Assembly: GCA_937922435.1 (NCBI GenBank)
Contig: CAKZVT010000031.1
Location: forward strand, 237 to 64,236
Length of the DNA stretch: 64,000 nt
Source: an uncultured Prevotella sp.
GTDB taxonomy: Bacteria; Bacteroidota; Bacteroidia; Bacteroidales; Bacteroidaceae
Reading direction: 5' to 3'
Made by a program: the position numbers and the translations under genes
Shown here: positions 12,156 to 22,034 of the stretch, in pieces
Numbering within the stretch: position 1 is the stretch's first letter
How the letters are laid out: each line of letters opens with the position of its first letter
Notes under the pieces: model-generated
Database searches by the model: none
The model's input: only the letters and a program-made list of their open reading frames with translations
Told to the model about the DNA's origin: nothing

Positions 12156-12424
12156 GCGCAATAGCGGTATCTTTGTCTGCTTTGTTTTTCGTCGCCTTGG
12201 GTTTTGCATATGTGAAAGGGTACGACGTTGTAAAGCGTCACTTTCCTGGACATTTGGTGCATTTCTATCTTGCAATGGCGGCCATACGCATGCTTTTGGT
12301 TGCAACTATTGTAGTTGTATATGTACTTTTGTCAGATTCAAGGGATGATGCAATCAGTTTCGCGGCAATGTTTTTGGTAATGTATGTCGTAATGATGGTT
12401 GTGACATTGATATTAAAACATTAA
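12152..12424 (+). CDS. small hydrophobic protein inside the ATP synthase operon (AtpI/AtpZ-like position), function unknown
   Basis: 90 aa with about three hydrophobic helices. Its ATG overlaps the atpC stop (ATGA), which suggests translational coupling. Confidence 0.6.
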   Translation: MSAIAVSLSALFFVALGFAYVKGYDVVKRHFPGHLVHFYLAMAAIRMLLVATIVVVYVLLSDSRDDAISFAAMFLVMYVVMMVVTLILKH

Positions 12425-12430
12425 AAAAGA

Positions 12431-13507
12431 ATGAACCACTTAATACGGTTACTGTGTGTAATGGCACTGATGTTACAGGCGTTTGCTGCTCCTGTAAAGG
12501 CTGCAGGTAAAGACGCCGATATAAAGGATGTAGTGCTTGAGCACATAAAGGATTCTTATGATTGGCATATAACCGATATCGGTGATGAGCCGTTGGTTAT
12601 ACATTTGCCTGTAATAGTCAAAAGCTCTACAGGTTTTCATGTGTTTAGCAGTGCGCGGTTTTCGGAAGAAACTGATGCCAGTGGGTATAGGCAAGGGCCG
12701 TTTAATCTGGCAATCGCCACGACTGGTGGCAATGCGGGGAAAATTGTAGAGCTTGGTGCTGAAGGTACGGAGACACGTCCGTTTGACATCTCAATTACCA
12801 AGACGGTTGCCGTCATGTTTATAAATGTCGCCATCTTGCTTTGTTGCATATTGATACCAGCTCGTTGGTATCGTAACCGCAAGGTCAGCGACCCGGCTCC
12901 GAAAGGCTTTACGGGTTTTATTGAGATGCTTGTGATGTATGTCGTGGATGAAATAATAAAGCCTGGGGTTGGCAAGGGGTATGAAAAGTACACGCCTTAT
13001 TTGCTTACGTGCTTTTTCTTTATTTTCGTCTGCAATGTCATGGGGTTGATGCCGTTCCCTCCTGGAGGTGGTAATGTTACGGGCAATATCGCAGTTACAT
13101 TCTTCTTGGCTTTATGTACATTCATCATTGTGCAGTTTAGTGGAAACAAGCATTATTGGAAAGATATATTTTGGCCTGATGTTCCAACTTGGTTGAAAGC
13201 TCCGATTCCGCTTATTCCTATAATTGAGTTTGTCGGGATATTTACCAAGCCTTTTGCCTTGATGATTCGACTTTTTGCCAATATGATGGCAGGACATGCG
13301 ATAGCTTTGGCTATAACTTGTATAATATTCCTTGTTGCAAGCAAGGCCATGGTCGTATTTTTCAGCATGTCAGTGGTAAGTGTCGTGATGAGCATCTTCA
13401 TGATGTGTCTCGAATGTTTGGTATGTTTTATCCAGGCAATGGTATTTACCATGTTGAGTGCGGTGTTTATCGGATTGGCAAAGGCTGAACCGGAACATAG
13501 TAAATGA
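12431..13507 (+). CDS. atpB: F1Fo ATP synthase subunit a
   Basis: 358 aa. The C-terminal half carries the subunit-a signature FALMIRLFANMMAGH. The N-terminal extension has a signal-like peptide. Confidence 0.9.
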   Translation: MNHLIRLLCVMALMLQAFAAPVKAAGKDADIKDVVLEHIKDSYDWHITDIGDEPLVIHLPVIVKSSTGFHVFSSARFSEETDASGYRQGPFNLAIATTGGNAGKIVELGAEGTETRPFDISITKTVAVMFINVAILLCCILIPARWYRNRKVSDPAPKGFTGFIEMLVMYVVDEIIKPGVGKGYEKYTPYLLTCFFFIFVCNVMGLMPFPPGGGNVTGNIAVTFFLALCTFIIVQFSGNKHYWKDIFWPDVPTWLKAPIPLIPIIEFVGIFTKPFALMIRLFANMMAGHAIALAITCIIFLVASKAMVVFFSMSVVSVVMSIFMMCLECLVCFIQAMVFTMLSAVFIGLAKAEPEHSK

Positions 13508-13526
13508 GTGATAGATATAAAATTGA

Positions 13527-13787
<261 letters not shown>

Positions 13788-13801
13788 TAAAAGGTGAGTA
13801 A

Positions 13802-13833
13802 GTCTTCGCAGTTGTAATGACGATTGCGAAGAC
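13802..13833 (+). promoter_or_regulatory. intra-operon stem-loop between atpE and atpF
   Basis: Perfect 9-bp stem gtcttcgca / tgcgaagac with a 14-nt loop, located between the subunit c stop and the subunit b start. It could act as an mRNA stabiliser or partial attenuator that favours subunit c stoichiometry (inference). Confidence 0.4.
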
Positions 13834-13853
13834 GCTCCTTAAAAAGACAGCGT

Positions 13854-14354
13854 ATGGATTTATTTGTTCCAAGTACAGGCTTGCTGTTTTGGATGACCGT
13901 CACGTTCCTTGTCGTGCTGGGCATCTTTTGTAAGTTTGGTTTCCCGGCCATAATAAAAATGGTAAACGGGAGGAAGGCTTACATTGATGACAGTTTGCGA
14001 AAGGCGCATGAGGCTAACGAGAAGCTTGCCAATATACAAAGAGAGAGTGAATCCATCTTGCAGGAAGCCCGTGAGAAGCAGGCAGCGTTGTTGAAAGATG
14101 CTGCTGTAACGCGTGATGCCATTGTTGAGAAGGCACAAGGCAAGGCGCGTGAGGAAGGCAATAGACTTCTTTTGGAAGCCAAGGCTGAAATAGAGAATCA
14201 ACGTCGCGCCGCAGTTGGCGATATTCGTAAGGAAGTTGCGACGTTGAGTGTCGAGATTGCGGAGAAAATACTTCGTGAGAAACTTGGCAGCGACAAGGCG
14301 CAGATGGATTTGATTGACCGTATGCTGGATGAAGTTTCTTCTGAAAAAAGATAA
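13854..14354 (+). CDS. atpF: F1Fo ATP synthase subunit b
   Basis: The track ORF starts at TTG 13824; ATG 13854 gives MDLFVPSTGLLFWMTVTFLVVL (single TM) followed by a long charged helix. Confidence 0.85.
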   Translation: MDLFVPSTGLLFWMTVTFLVVLGIFCKFGFPAIIKMVNGRKAYIDDSLRKAHEANEKLANIQRESESILQEAREKQAALLKDAAVTRDAIVEKAQGKAREEGNRLLLEAKAEIENQRRAAVGDIRKEVATLSVEIAEKILREKLGSDKAQMDLIDRMLDEVSSEKR

Positions 14355-14360
14355 TTGGTT

Positions 14361-14894
14361 ATGGATTTAGGATTAATATCGGTAAGATATGCGCGTGCTT
14401 TGCTAAAGGCAGGTATCGAGGAAAAGCTTGAAGGCGATGTCTATCAGGAGATGCAGATGTTGTCGGACAGCTATATAAAAGTTCCGGAACTCAAGTTTAC
14501 CATAGATAATCCGATGCTCTCGAAGGATGACAAGGAGCGTTTGTTCCTTGCCGCCGTGGGTGGAAGTCCGTGCGAATTGACAAAGACATTCTTCAAGCTT
14601 GTATTGAAGGAAGACCGTGAGAGCATGATGCAGTTTATTGCAAATTCATATATCACATTATACCGAAGGCAGAAAAATCTAATCCGTGCTAAACTTTTGA
14701 CAGCCACCACGGTATCTTCTGAAATTGAGCAGAAGTTGCGTAATCTGGTGGAAGGCAGGACGAGTGGGACAGTTGAATTTGAGACCAAGACCAATCCCGA
14801 CTTGATAGGAGGATTTGTATTGGAATATGATACATATAGGTTGGATTTAAGTGTCAAGTCAATGCTGAATTCCATTTTGTCACAACTAAAGTAA
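14361..14894 (+). CDS. atpH: F1Fo ATP synthase subunit delta (OSCP)
   Basis: The track ORF starts at TTG 14355; ATG 14361 gives MDLGLISVRYARALL. The call rests on size and position between atpF and atpA. Confidence 0.85.
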   Translation: MDLGLISVRYARALLKAGIEEKLEGDVYQEMQMLSDSYIKVPELKFTIDNPMLSKDDKERLFLAAVGGSPCELTKTFFKLVLKEDRESMMQFIANSYITLYRRQKNLIRAKLLTATTVSSEIEQKLRNLVEGRTSGTVEFETKTNPDLIGGFVLEYDTYRLDLSVKSMLNSILSQLK

Positions 14895-14915
14895 CAAACG
14901 ATTGTAATTTGTAAT

Positions 14916-16502
14916 ATGTCAGATAAAATAAAACCGAGCGAAGTTTCACAAGTGCTTCTTGACCAGTTAAAGGGTATAAGCGGCAGTGCCAAGTTTGACG
15001 AGGTTGGCACAGTGTTGCAGGTAAGCGACGGTGTGGCTCGTATCTATGGACTGCGCAATGCCGAGGCCAATGAGTTACTTGAGTTCGAAAACGGTACTAT
15101 GGCTATTGTCATGAACCTTGAGGAGGACAATGTCGGCTGCGTGCTTTTGGGTTCTACTTCTGGAATAAAGGAAGGCATGCATGTAAAGCGTACAAAGCGT
15201 ATTGCCAGCATTAAGGTCAATGACAATATGTTAGGGAGGGTTATAAATCCTCTTGGACAGGCAATTGACGGAAAAGGTGATATAGACCTTACAGGCTCTT
15301 TTGAGATGCCGTTGGACCGTAAAGCACCAGGTGTGATATACCGTCAGCCTGTGAAAGAGCCTTTGCAGACTGGCCTAAAGGCTGTAGACTCGATGATTCC
15401 TATCGGGCGCGGACAGCGTGAGTTGATAATCGGCGACCGCCAAACGGGAAAAACAGCGATAGCCGTCGATACGATAATCAACCAAAAGAGTTTTTACGAT
15501 GCAGGCAAACCTGTGTATTGCATATATGTTGCCATCGGACAGAAAGCTTCTACTGTTGCGGCTTTGGTTGCCAACCTAAAGGAGCATGGGGCTATGCCTT
15601 ATACTATAATTGTTGCCGCAACTGCTGCCGACCCGGCCGCAATGCAGTATTATGCGCCCTTTGCAGGTGCTGCCATTGGCGAGTACTTCAGGGATAGGGG
15701 ATACTCCGCACTTGTCGTTTATGATGACTTGTCAAAGCAGGCGGTTGCATATCGTGAGGTCTCTCTTATTCTTCGTCGTCCTTCTGGCCGTGAGGCTTAT
15801 CCTGGTGATGTGTTCTATTTGCATAGCCGTCTGCTTGAGCGTGCGGCGAGAATCAATGACCAGCAGGAAGTCGCAGAGCAGATGAACGACTTGCCAGAGT
15901 GTATGAAAGGTCATGTAAAAGGCGGTGGTTCGCTTACAGCGTTGCCTATTATCGAGACACAGGCAGGCGACGTGTCCGCATATATTCCTACAAACGTGAT
16001 ATCTATAACCGACGGCCAGATATATCTTGAGACTGATTTGTTCAACCAAGGCTTCCGTCCTGCAATCAATGTCGGAATTTCTGTCAGCCGCGTTGGTGGT
16101 TCTGCCCAGATAAAGAGTATGAAGAAGGTGGCAGGAACGTTGAAGATTGACCAGGCGCAATATCGTGAGCTTGAATCTTTCTCCAAGTTTTCGAGCGACA
16201 TGGACGCTGTTACCGCCATGACGCTAGACCGTGGACGTAAGAACAACCAATTGCTCATACAGCCGCAATACAGCCCAATGCCGGTCGGCGAACAAGTGGC
16301 AATCCTTTATTGCGGCACGCATGGTTTGATGCATGATGTGCCCGTAGATAAAGTCCGCGAGTGCCAAAACACCTTCTTGGAGAAGATGCGTTCGTCGCAT
16401 GCGGATGTCATTGACACGTTGTCCGAGGGCAAAATCGGCGACGAGCAAACCACCGTAATAGAGTCTGTAATGGCCGACATCGCAGGCCAGTATAAAAACT
16501 GA
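14916..16502 (+). CDS. atpA: F1Fo ATP synthase subunit alpha
   Basis: 528 aa with [17 protein letters not shown] (P-loop) and [45 protein letters not shown]. Confidence 0.97.
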   Translation: MSDKIKPSEVSQVLLDQLKGISGSAKFDEVGTVLQVSDGVARIYGLRNAEANELLEFENGTMAIVMNLEEDNVGCVLLGSTSGIKEGMHVKRTKRIASIKVNDNMLGRVINPLGQAIDGKGDIDLTGSFEMPLDRKAPGVIYRQPVKEPLQTGLKAVDSMIPIGRGQRELIIGDRQTGKTAIAVDTIINQKSFYDAGKPVYCIYVAIGQKASTVAALVANLKEHGAMPYTIIVAATAADPAAMQYYAPFAGAAIGEYFRDRGYSALVVYDDLSKQAVAYREVSLILRRPSGREAYPGDVFYLHSRLLERAARINDQQEVAEQMNDLPECMKGHVKGGGSLTALPIIETQAGDVSAYIPTNVISITDGQIYLETDLFNQGFRPAINVGISVSRVGGSAQIKSMKKVAGTLKIDQAQYRELESFSKFSSDMDAVTAMTLDRGRKNNQLLIQPQYSPMPVGEQVAILYCGTHGLMHDVPVDKVRECQNTFLEKMRSSHADVIDTLSEGKIGDEQTTVIESVMADIAGQYKN

Positions 16503-16509
16503 TTGACTT

Positions 16510-17478
16510 ATGCCGTCACTAAAGGAAATAAAGAACCGCATATCGTCTGTAAACAGCACTCGTAAGATTACTAGTGCGATGAAGATGGTTGCTTCGTCAA
16601 AGCTTCATCACGCCCAGGTTATGATTGAGAATATGCTGCCTTATGAGACCATGCTTGAGCACATACTTAAAAGTTTCTTGGCTTCCGAGGTAGATGCTAC
16701 AACGGTTTACAGCTTGGAGCGTCCGGTCAAGCGTGTCGCTTTGGTGGTATATTCTTCAAACAGTAGCCTTTGTGGCGGTTTCAATGCTAATGTAATCAAG
16801 ATGATGCAGCAGGTTGTCGATGAGTACCGTCATTTGGGCAAAGACAACGTCATAATATATCCAGTCGGGCGTAAGGTGGCGGAAAAGTCGGCAAAGCTTG
16901 GTTATGTGTGTGCAGGCGACTATTCAGCAATGGCAGACAAGCCATCTGTCGATACTTGTATAGATTTGGCGGATACTCTTGCCAAGCAGTTTGTTGACGG
17001 TGAGATAGACCGTGTTGAGATGATATACCATCATTTCAAGAGTGCCGGTTCGCAAATTCTTACCCGTAAGACTTTCCTGCCGATAGATGTAAAGAGTGAG
17101 CTTGAATTTGACGACGAGCGTGACCTGAAGTCGAATATAGCTACCCTTGAGGCGCAGGAATACTTGCGGAAAAAAGGCAGGCGGACGTCAATGCAGGAGA
17201 AAGAAGAAGCCAAGCCTCTTAATGATAATTTCATCGTTGAGCCGGATATGGCTACCGTGTTGTCGATGCTCATACCAAGGTTGTCTCATCTTATGGTCTA
17301 TACCGCTTTGCTTGACAGTGTGGCCAGTGAACATGCGGCGCGTATGGTTGCGATGCAGACAGCTACCGACAATGCTGATGAATTGTTGCGCGACTTGAAT
17401 TTGCAGTACAACAAGAGCCGTCAGCAGGCCATTACCAACGAGTTGCTTGACATTGTCGGCGGTTCAGTCAACAATTGA
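16510..17478 (+). CDS. atpG: F1Fo ATP synthase subunit gamma
   Basis: 322 aa with MPSLKEIKNRISSVNSTRKITSAMKMVASSKL at the N-terminus and YNKSRQQAITNELLDIVGG at the C-terminus. Confidence 0.93.
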   Translation: MPSLKEIKNRISSVNSTRKITSAMKMVASSKLHHAQVMIENMLPYETMLEHILKSFLASEVDATTVYSLERPVKRVALVVYSSNSSLCGGFNANVIKMMQQVVDEYRHLGKDNVIIYPVGRKVAEKSAKLGYVCAGDYSAMADKPSVDTCIDLADTLAKQFVDGEIDRVEMIYHHFKSAGSQILTRKTFLPIDVKSELEFDDERDLKSNIATLEAQEYLRKKGRRTSMQEKEEAKPLNDNFIVEPDMATVLSMLIPRLSHLMVYTALLDSVASEHAARMVAMQTATDNADELLRDLNLQYNKSRQQAITNELLDIVGGSVNN

Positions 17479-17492
17479 CAGACATTCATGTT

Positions 17493-17538
17493 AAAGGCCG
17501 CCCATGAATATCCTTGCGGATTTCATGGGCGGCCTTTT
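17493..17538. terminator. bidirectional terminator between convergent atpG and mnmA
   Basis: Perfect 16-bp stem aaaggccgcccatgaa / ttcatgggcggccttt, flanked by A- and T-runs. Confidence 0.75.
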
Positions 17539-17579
17539 GTCTTTGTAATAATAACATTCCTCCCAACTTTACATTTTTC

Positions 17580-18668
17580 TCATACGCATATCTCTCCGCT
17601 GCCGAAGCATCGGTGGTGCATCTCGTCATATACTGTGCAGAACTGGCCTGGCGCAACGCCTTGTATCAGGTCGGTGGAGTGTACTGCAAACGATGCGTCG
17701 CCTGTACGTTCAATTGTTGCACGGTGAAATTCAGGAGTATGCCTGATTTTGAATGTTACGTTTGCCGTTGTCATGTTTTGCCACGGGTCGCACGTCAGGA
17801 AGTTGAAACCGTGCATCTTGAAGTCTTTTTTATATGCGGTAAGAGGGTCATATCCGCGGCTTACGTATAGGATGTTGGCCTCTATGTCTTTCTTCACGGC
17901 ATACCAAGGACCGCCGCCGAAGCCGAGGCCGTGGCGCTGGCCGATGGTGTGAAACCACAGCCCTTTGTGCTGGCCTATTTTGCGGCCTGTCTCCAGTTCA
18001 AGTACGTCGCCAGGCTTTTCGCCCAAGTAACGGCGGATGTAGTCGTTGTAATTGATTTTTCCGAGGAAGCATATTCCTTGGCTGTCCTTGCGTTTTGCAT
18101 TAATAAGATGCTCGCGTTCGGCAATGGCGCGCACTTCCTCCTTCATCATTCCGCCTATGGGGAACAGGGCTTTTTTCAGTTGCCAGCCCTCTATTTGTGC
18201 AAGGAAGTCGGTCTGGTCCTTCACAGGGTCAGGGCTTGTGGTTAGCCATTTCATCCCGTCTATAATTTCCGTCTGGGCGTAGTGCCCTGTCGCTATTAGG
18301 TCGTATGCGTGCCCGGCCTTTTGGTCGAATGCGCCGAACTTTATGAGGCGGTTGCACATAACGTCGGGGTTGGGCGTCAGTCCGGCGCGTACCTTGTCCA
18401 TAGTGTAACGCGTCACGTTGTCCCAGTATTCGCGGTGACAATCGATGACAGTCAGTTTGCAGCCGTACTTTGCGGCCACGGCGGTAGCCATTTCGAGGTC
18501 TTCCTCGCTGGAGCAGTCCCATTCCTCTGTCTCTTCCGGGCCGATTTTGATGTAAAAGCAGTCGGGGTGAAGGCCCTGTCTGGCAAGTTCGTACACCACG
18601 ACGGAACTGTCAACGCCGCCCGAGAGCAGCACGGCTATGCGCTTATCCTTGATTAATTCATAATTCAT
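17580..18668 (-). CDS. mnmA: tRNA 2-thiouridine(34) synthase
   Basis: 362 aa with the PP-loop IAVLLSGGVDSSV, plus GICFLG and overall MnmA-like sequence. Confidence 0.92.
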   Translation of the reverse strand: MNYELIKDKRIAVLLSGGVDSSVVVYELARQGLHPDCFYIKIGPEETEEWDCSSEEDLEMATAVAAKYGCKLTVIDCHREYWDNVTRYTMDKVRAGLTPNPDVMCNRLIKFGAFDQKAGHAYDLIATGHYAQTEIIDGMKWLTTSPDPVKDQTDFLAQIEGWQLKKALFPIGGMMKEEVRAIAEREHLINAKRKDSQGICFLGKINYNDYIRRYLGEKPGDVLELETGRKIGQHKGLWFHTIGQRHGLGFGGGPWYAVKKDIEANILYVSRGYDPLTAYKKDFKMHGFNFLTCDPWQNMTTANVTFKIRHTPEFHRATIERTGDASFAVHSTDLIQGVAPGQFCTVYDEMHHRCFGSGEICV

Positions 18669-18780
18669 AATTCATAATTCATAATCGGCTTTTGCCAATT
18701 TTCGGTTCACAATATGGTTTGTTCACAACTAATAATGTACAATAGGCTTTCGCCGATTATGAATTTTGCATTATGAATTG
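18669..18780. repeat. word-repeat hairpin (attcata words) spanning the fmt stop to the mnmA start
   Basis: The arms aattcataattcataatcggc and gccgattatgaattttgcattatgaatt share a perfect 13-bp core, attcataatcggc / gccgattatgaat. The same words continue into the first codons of mnmA (ATGAATTATGAATTA) and the last codons of fmt. Confidence 0.7.
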
Positions 18781-19749
18781 TGAATTGTCAATGTCCCTTA
18801 TGCCGTTGAGGAACGCTTTTGCGTCCATCCTCTTTTTGCCGCTAAGCTGTATTTCGTCCAATTGCAGCCAGCAGTCGGCGGTAGCGGCGAGCAGCTTTCC
18901 GTTGTACACCATCAGTGTGCCTGCGTCCTTGCCGTTGCATGGTATGGCGGTTTCGGTAGTCTTGAATAGCTTAAGTACCGACGTTTTGCCGTTGCCGTCA
19001 GCCATGTTCGTCCATGCGCCGGGGTAGGGAGAAAGGCCGCGGATGAAGTTGCGCACGCTGCGTGCCGTCTTGTTCCAGTCTATTTGGCACGTCTCCTTGA
19101 ATATTTTGGGGGCGCTGTGCAGCTCGCGGCCAGTAGGCAACATCTCGCTCTGCGGCATGGTGTCTACTTTGCCTTCGCCCTCAATTATTTTGTCAATGGT
19201 TTTCAGTGCGATGCCAGCGCCGAGCCTCATGAGTCCGTTGTACACGTCTTCTACGTTGTAGTCGTCCTTTATTTCAAACGGCTCTTGCATTATTATGCGC
19301 CCCGTGTCGATGTCGTGGTCGAGGAAGAATGTCGTCACCCCGGTCAGCGTCTCGCCGTTGATTATTGCCCAGTTGATAGGTGCCGCGCCGCGGTATTGCG
19401 GCAGCAGGGCGGCGTGTACGTTGAATGTGCCGAAGCGCGGCATCGCCCATACCACCTCGGGCAGCATGCGGAAGGCCACCACCACCTGAAGGTCGGCATG
19501 GTAGCTGCGCAGCTCTTCTACGAATGCAGGGTCCTTCATCTTGACCGGCTGCAGCACGGGCAGGCCGTGTTCTATGGCGTATTGCTTGACCGCCGGCGGC
19601 TGCAAGGTGTCCTGGTGGCGGCCTACGGGCTTGTCTGGCTGTGTCACCACGGCCACAACGTTGTATCCGCCTTCCACCAATGCGCGCAGGGTTTCGACGG
19701 CGAACTCCGGCGTACCCATGAAGATTATGCGTAAATCACTTTTTGTCAT
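18757..19749 (-). CDS. fmt: methionyl-tRNA formyltransferase
   Basis: ORF 18757..19854, trimmed to ATG 19749 (MTKSDLRIIFMGTPEFAV...). It contains FNVHAALLPQYRGAAPINWAIINGE. The removed 35 codons read through a repeat hairpin. Confidence 0.9.
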   Translation of the reverse strand: MTKSDLRIIFMGTPEFAVETLRALVEGGYNVVAVVTQPDKPVGRHQDTLQPPAVKQYAIEHGLPVLQPVKMKDPAFVEELRSYHADLQVVVAFRMLPEVVWAMPRFGTFNVHAALLPQYRGAAPINWAIINGETLTGVTTFFLDHDIDTGRIIMQEPFEIKDDYNVEDVYNGLMRLGAGIALKTIDKIIEGEGKVDTMPQSEMLPTGRELHSAPKIFKETCQIDWNKTARSVRNFIRGLSPYPGAWTNMADGNGKTSVLKLFKTTETAIPCNGKDAGTLMVYNGKLLAATADCWLQLDEIQLSGKKRMDAKAFLNGIRDIDNSQFIMQNS

Positions 19750-19770
19750 GTTGTTTGATTTTTTGTAGTA

Positions 19771-19885
19771 AAGGAGAGAAGGAGTAAGAAGTAAAGGAGT
19801 AAGTAGATATGTTTTGTTGGTTGGCCTAAGGTGGTAATGCATTCCAATCTTCATTCCTTACTCCTATACTCCTTACTCCTTATAT
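19771..19885. repeat. word-repeat hairpin (ggagtaag words) between glmS stop and fmt start
   Basis: aaggagagaaggagtaagaagtaaaggagtaag ... cttactcctatactccttactcctt. By hand pairing this gives a stem of about 25 bp with 2 mismatches and a loop of about 50 nt. Confidence 0.7.
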
Positions 19886-19893
19886 TAAACTTC

Positions 19894-21744
19894 TTATTCC
19901 ACCGTCACAGACTTTGCAAGGTTGCGCGGCTGGTCTACGTTCAACCCCTTTTCCACGGCTACGTGGTATGCGATGAGCTGCAAGGGGATGACAGAGAGCA
20001 GCGGCGCAAGCGGCGCGAGGGTAGGGGGCACTTCTATTGCAGCCTCCGATATGTCGCTTACAGCCTTGTCGCCTTCGGTCACGATGGATATGATGCGGCC
20101 GTTGCGCGCCTTCACTTCCTGTATGTTGCTTAGTATTTTCTTGTACAGCTGGTGGTGTGTGGCTACGAATACTACGGGCATGTCCTCGTCTATAAGTGCT
20201 ATGGGGCCGTGTTTCATTTCGGCAGCCGGGTATCCTTCGGCGTGTATGTAGCTTATTTCCTTTAGCTTCAGTGCGCCCTCGAGAGCTACGGGGTAGTTGA
20301 AGCCGCGCCCCATGTAGAGGGCGTTCTCGGCGTAGGTCAGCGCACGTGCTATTTCCCTTATCTTGCTGTCGTTGGCGAGTACAGCCTTGATTTTGTCGGG
20401 TATGCGTGCCAGTTCGGCTATTGCTTCCTCGTATTCCTGTTGCGGTATAGTGCCTTTTTCGTACCCGAGGGCGAGGGCGAAGAGCGTCAGCACGGTCACT
20501 TGCCCGGTGAAAGCCTTGGTCGAGGCCACGCCGATTTCAGGGCCTACGTGTATGTATATGCCGGTGTCTGACGCCCGGGCGATGCTCGAACCTACCACGT
20601 TTACTATGCCGAAGCACAGGGCGTGGTTCTCTTTTGCCAGTTGGAATGCCGCCAGGGTGTCGGCCGTCTCGCCGCTCTGCGATATTGCTATGACAACGTC
20701 GTCAGGCTGTATTACCGGGTTGCGGTAGCGGAACTCCGAGGCGTACTCCACTTCTACCGGCACTTTCGCCCATTGCTCTATGAGCTGCTTGCCTATGAGT
20801 CCGGCGTGCCACGACGTTCCGCAGGCCACGATGATAAACCTCTGCGCACTGACAAGCTCGTCGCGGTGCAGGTTGAGCGCGCTCAGCACCACACGTTTCT
20901 CTGCCGGCAGTATGCGCCCCCTCATGCAGTCGGCCATGCAGCGGGGCTGGTCGTAGATTTCCTTCAGCATGAAGTGGTCGAAGCCGCCCTTCTCGAGCGA
21001 CTCGAGGTCGAGGTCCACTTCCTTCACGTCGTGGGTTATTTCCTGGTTGTCAAGGTTCCTGATTTCCATCTTGTGCCCCACGCGCAGCAGTGCCACCTCG
21101 TTGTCGTTGAGGTAGACCATCTGCTTTGTGTAAGCCACGATGGGCACTGCGTCCGATGCGATGAAGAACTCCTTGGCGTCCTCGCCAACGCCTATTACCA
21201 CGGGACTGCTCTTTCGCGCCACCACGATTTTGTCCGGACAGTCGCGGTCTACCACGGCTATGGCGTATGCGCCGACCACGCGCCGCAGCGCCATCACCAC
21301 CGCGCCTTCAAGGTCTTTGCCGTATTCGCGCTGCATGAACTCGATGAGTTGTACCAGTACCTCGGTGTCGGTCGAGCTTTTGAATGTGAACCCCTTGCCC
21401 GTAAGGTATTCCTTCAGGCTGGCGTAATTCTCTATGATGCCGTTGTGCACGAGGGCGAGCCGTCCGCTCTGCGACACGTGCGGATGGGCGTTGACGGCCG
21501 AAGGTTCGCCGTGCGTGGCCCACCGCGTGTGGGCAATGCCTATGTGGCCGGTGGTGTCGCGTTGCGCGGCAATGGCTTCAAGGTTGCTCACCTTGCCCTT
21601 CTCCTTATACACGTTAAGCTCGTCTTTGTCGTTGATGAGGGCCACGCCGGCCGAGTCGTAGCCTCGGTATTCCAGTCGTTTTAGCCCCTCAATGAGTATC
21701 GGGTAGGCTTCTCTCGGGCCTATATATCCTACTATTCCACACAT
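19894..21744 (-). CDS. glmS: glutamine--fructose-6-phosphate aminotransferase (isomerising)
   Basis: 616 aa with MCGIVGYIG (N-terminal Cys nucleophile), two SIS-like halves, and C-terminal ...NLAKSVTVE. Confidence 0.97.
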   Translation of the reverse strand: MCGIVGYIGPREAYPILIEGLKRLEYRGYDSAGVALINDKDELNVYKEKGKVSNLEAIAAQRDTTGHIGIAHTRWATHGEPSAVNAHPHVSQSGRLALVHNGIIENYASLKEYLTGKGFTFKSSTDTEVLVQLIEFMQREYGKDLEGAVVMALRRVVGAYAIAVVDRDCPDKIVVARKSSPVVIGVGEDAKEFFIASDAVPIVAYTKQMVYLNDNEVALLRVGHKMEIRNLDNQEITHDVKEVDLDLESLEKGGFDHFMLKEIYDQPRCMADCMRGRILPAEKRVVLSALNLHRDELVSAQRFIIVACGTSWHAGLIGKQLIEQWAKVPVEVEYASEFRYRNPVIQPDDVVIAISQSGETADTLAAFQLAKENHALCFGIVNVVGSSIARASDTGIYIHVGPEIGVASTKAFTGQVTVLTLFALALGYEKGTIPQQEYEEAIAELARIPDKIKAVLANDSKIREIARALTYAENALYMGRGFNYPVALEGALKLKEISYIHAEGYPAAEMKHGPIALIDEDMPVVFVATHHQLYKKILSNIQEVKARNGRIISIVTEGDKAVSDISEAAIEVPPTLAPLAPLLSVIPLQLIAYHVAVEKGLNVDQPRNLAKSVTVE

Positions 21745-21763
21745 AATGTTTTTATTAGTTGTG

Positions 21764-21771
21764 CAAAAATA
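21764..21771 (-). promoter_or_regulatory. -7 promoter box for glmS
   Basis: The plus strand reads caaaaata, which is TATTTTTG on the minus strand, 20 nt upstream of the glmS ATG. Confidence 0.5.
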
Positions 21772-21847
21772 ATAATTAAAAACGAGAATGTGGCGCGGCG
21801 TTGCCGCTTTTTTACTAACTGCTTGAAAATGAACGACTTTCCAATAT

Positions 21848-21947
21848 GCCGTCTTTCGTCGTGCAAAAGGTGGCCTTTTAGCCTGCGAAAGACGACCTTT
21901 TAGCGTGCGAAAGGTGGCCTTTGGGGATGCGAAAGGTGGCTTTTTGC
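21848..21947. repeat. 22-bp tandem mini-palindrome array (copy 2)
   Basis: Units: gcaaaaggtggccttttagcct / gcgaaagacgaccttttagcgt / gcgaaaggtggcctttggggat / gcgaaaggtggctttttgc. Confidence 0.85.
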
Positions 21948-22034
21948 AGAGCTATGGGGCAAAAGCAAAGTCCGCCACGTCGGCATACGGCGTGGCGGAC
22001 TTTTGTTGTTTATCTGAAAAGAGAGAGTATTTGC

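Noticed and set aside
19084-19734. 216-codon plus-strand ORF
   Set aside because: It is antisense to fmt. It is a shadow ORF.
20623-21684. 353-codon plus-strand ORF
   Set aside because: It lies entirely antisense to glmS, whose product is unmistakable. The translation is Val/His/Arg/Ala-rich with no motifs, as expected for the mirror frame of a GC3-rich gene.
21745-21850. glmS ribozyme upstream of glmS
   Set aside because: The -7 promoter box sits only about 20 nt upstream of the ATG, leaving no room for a ribozyme of about 170 nt. No conserved glmS ribozyme core sequence is visible, and the ribozyme is not expected in this phylum.
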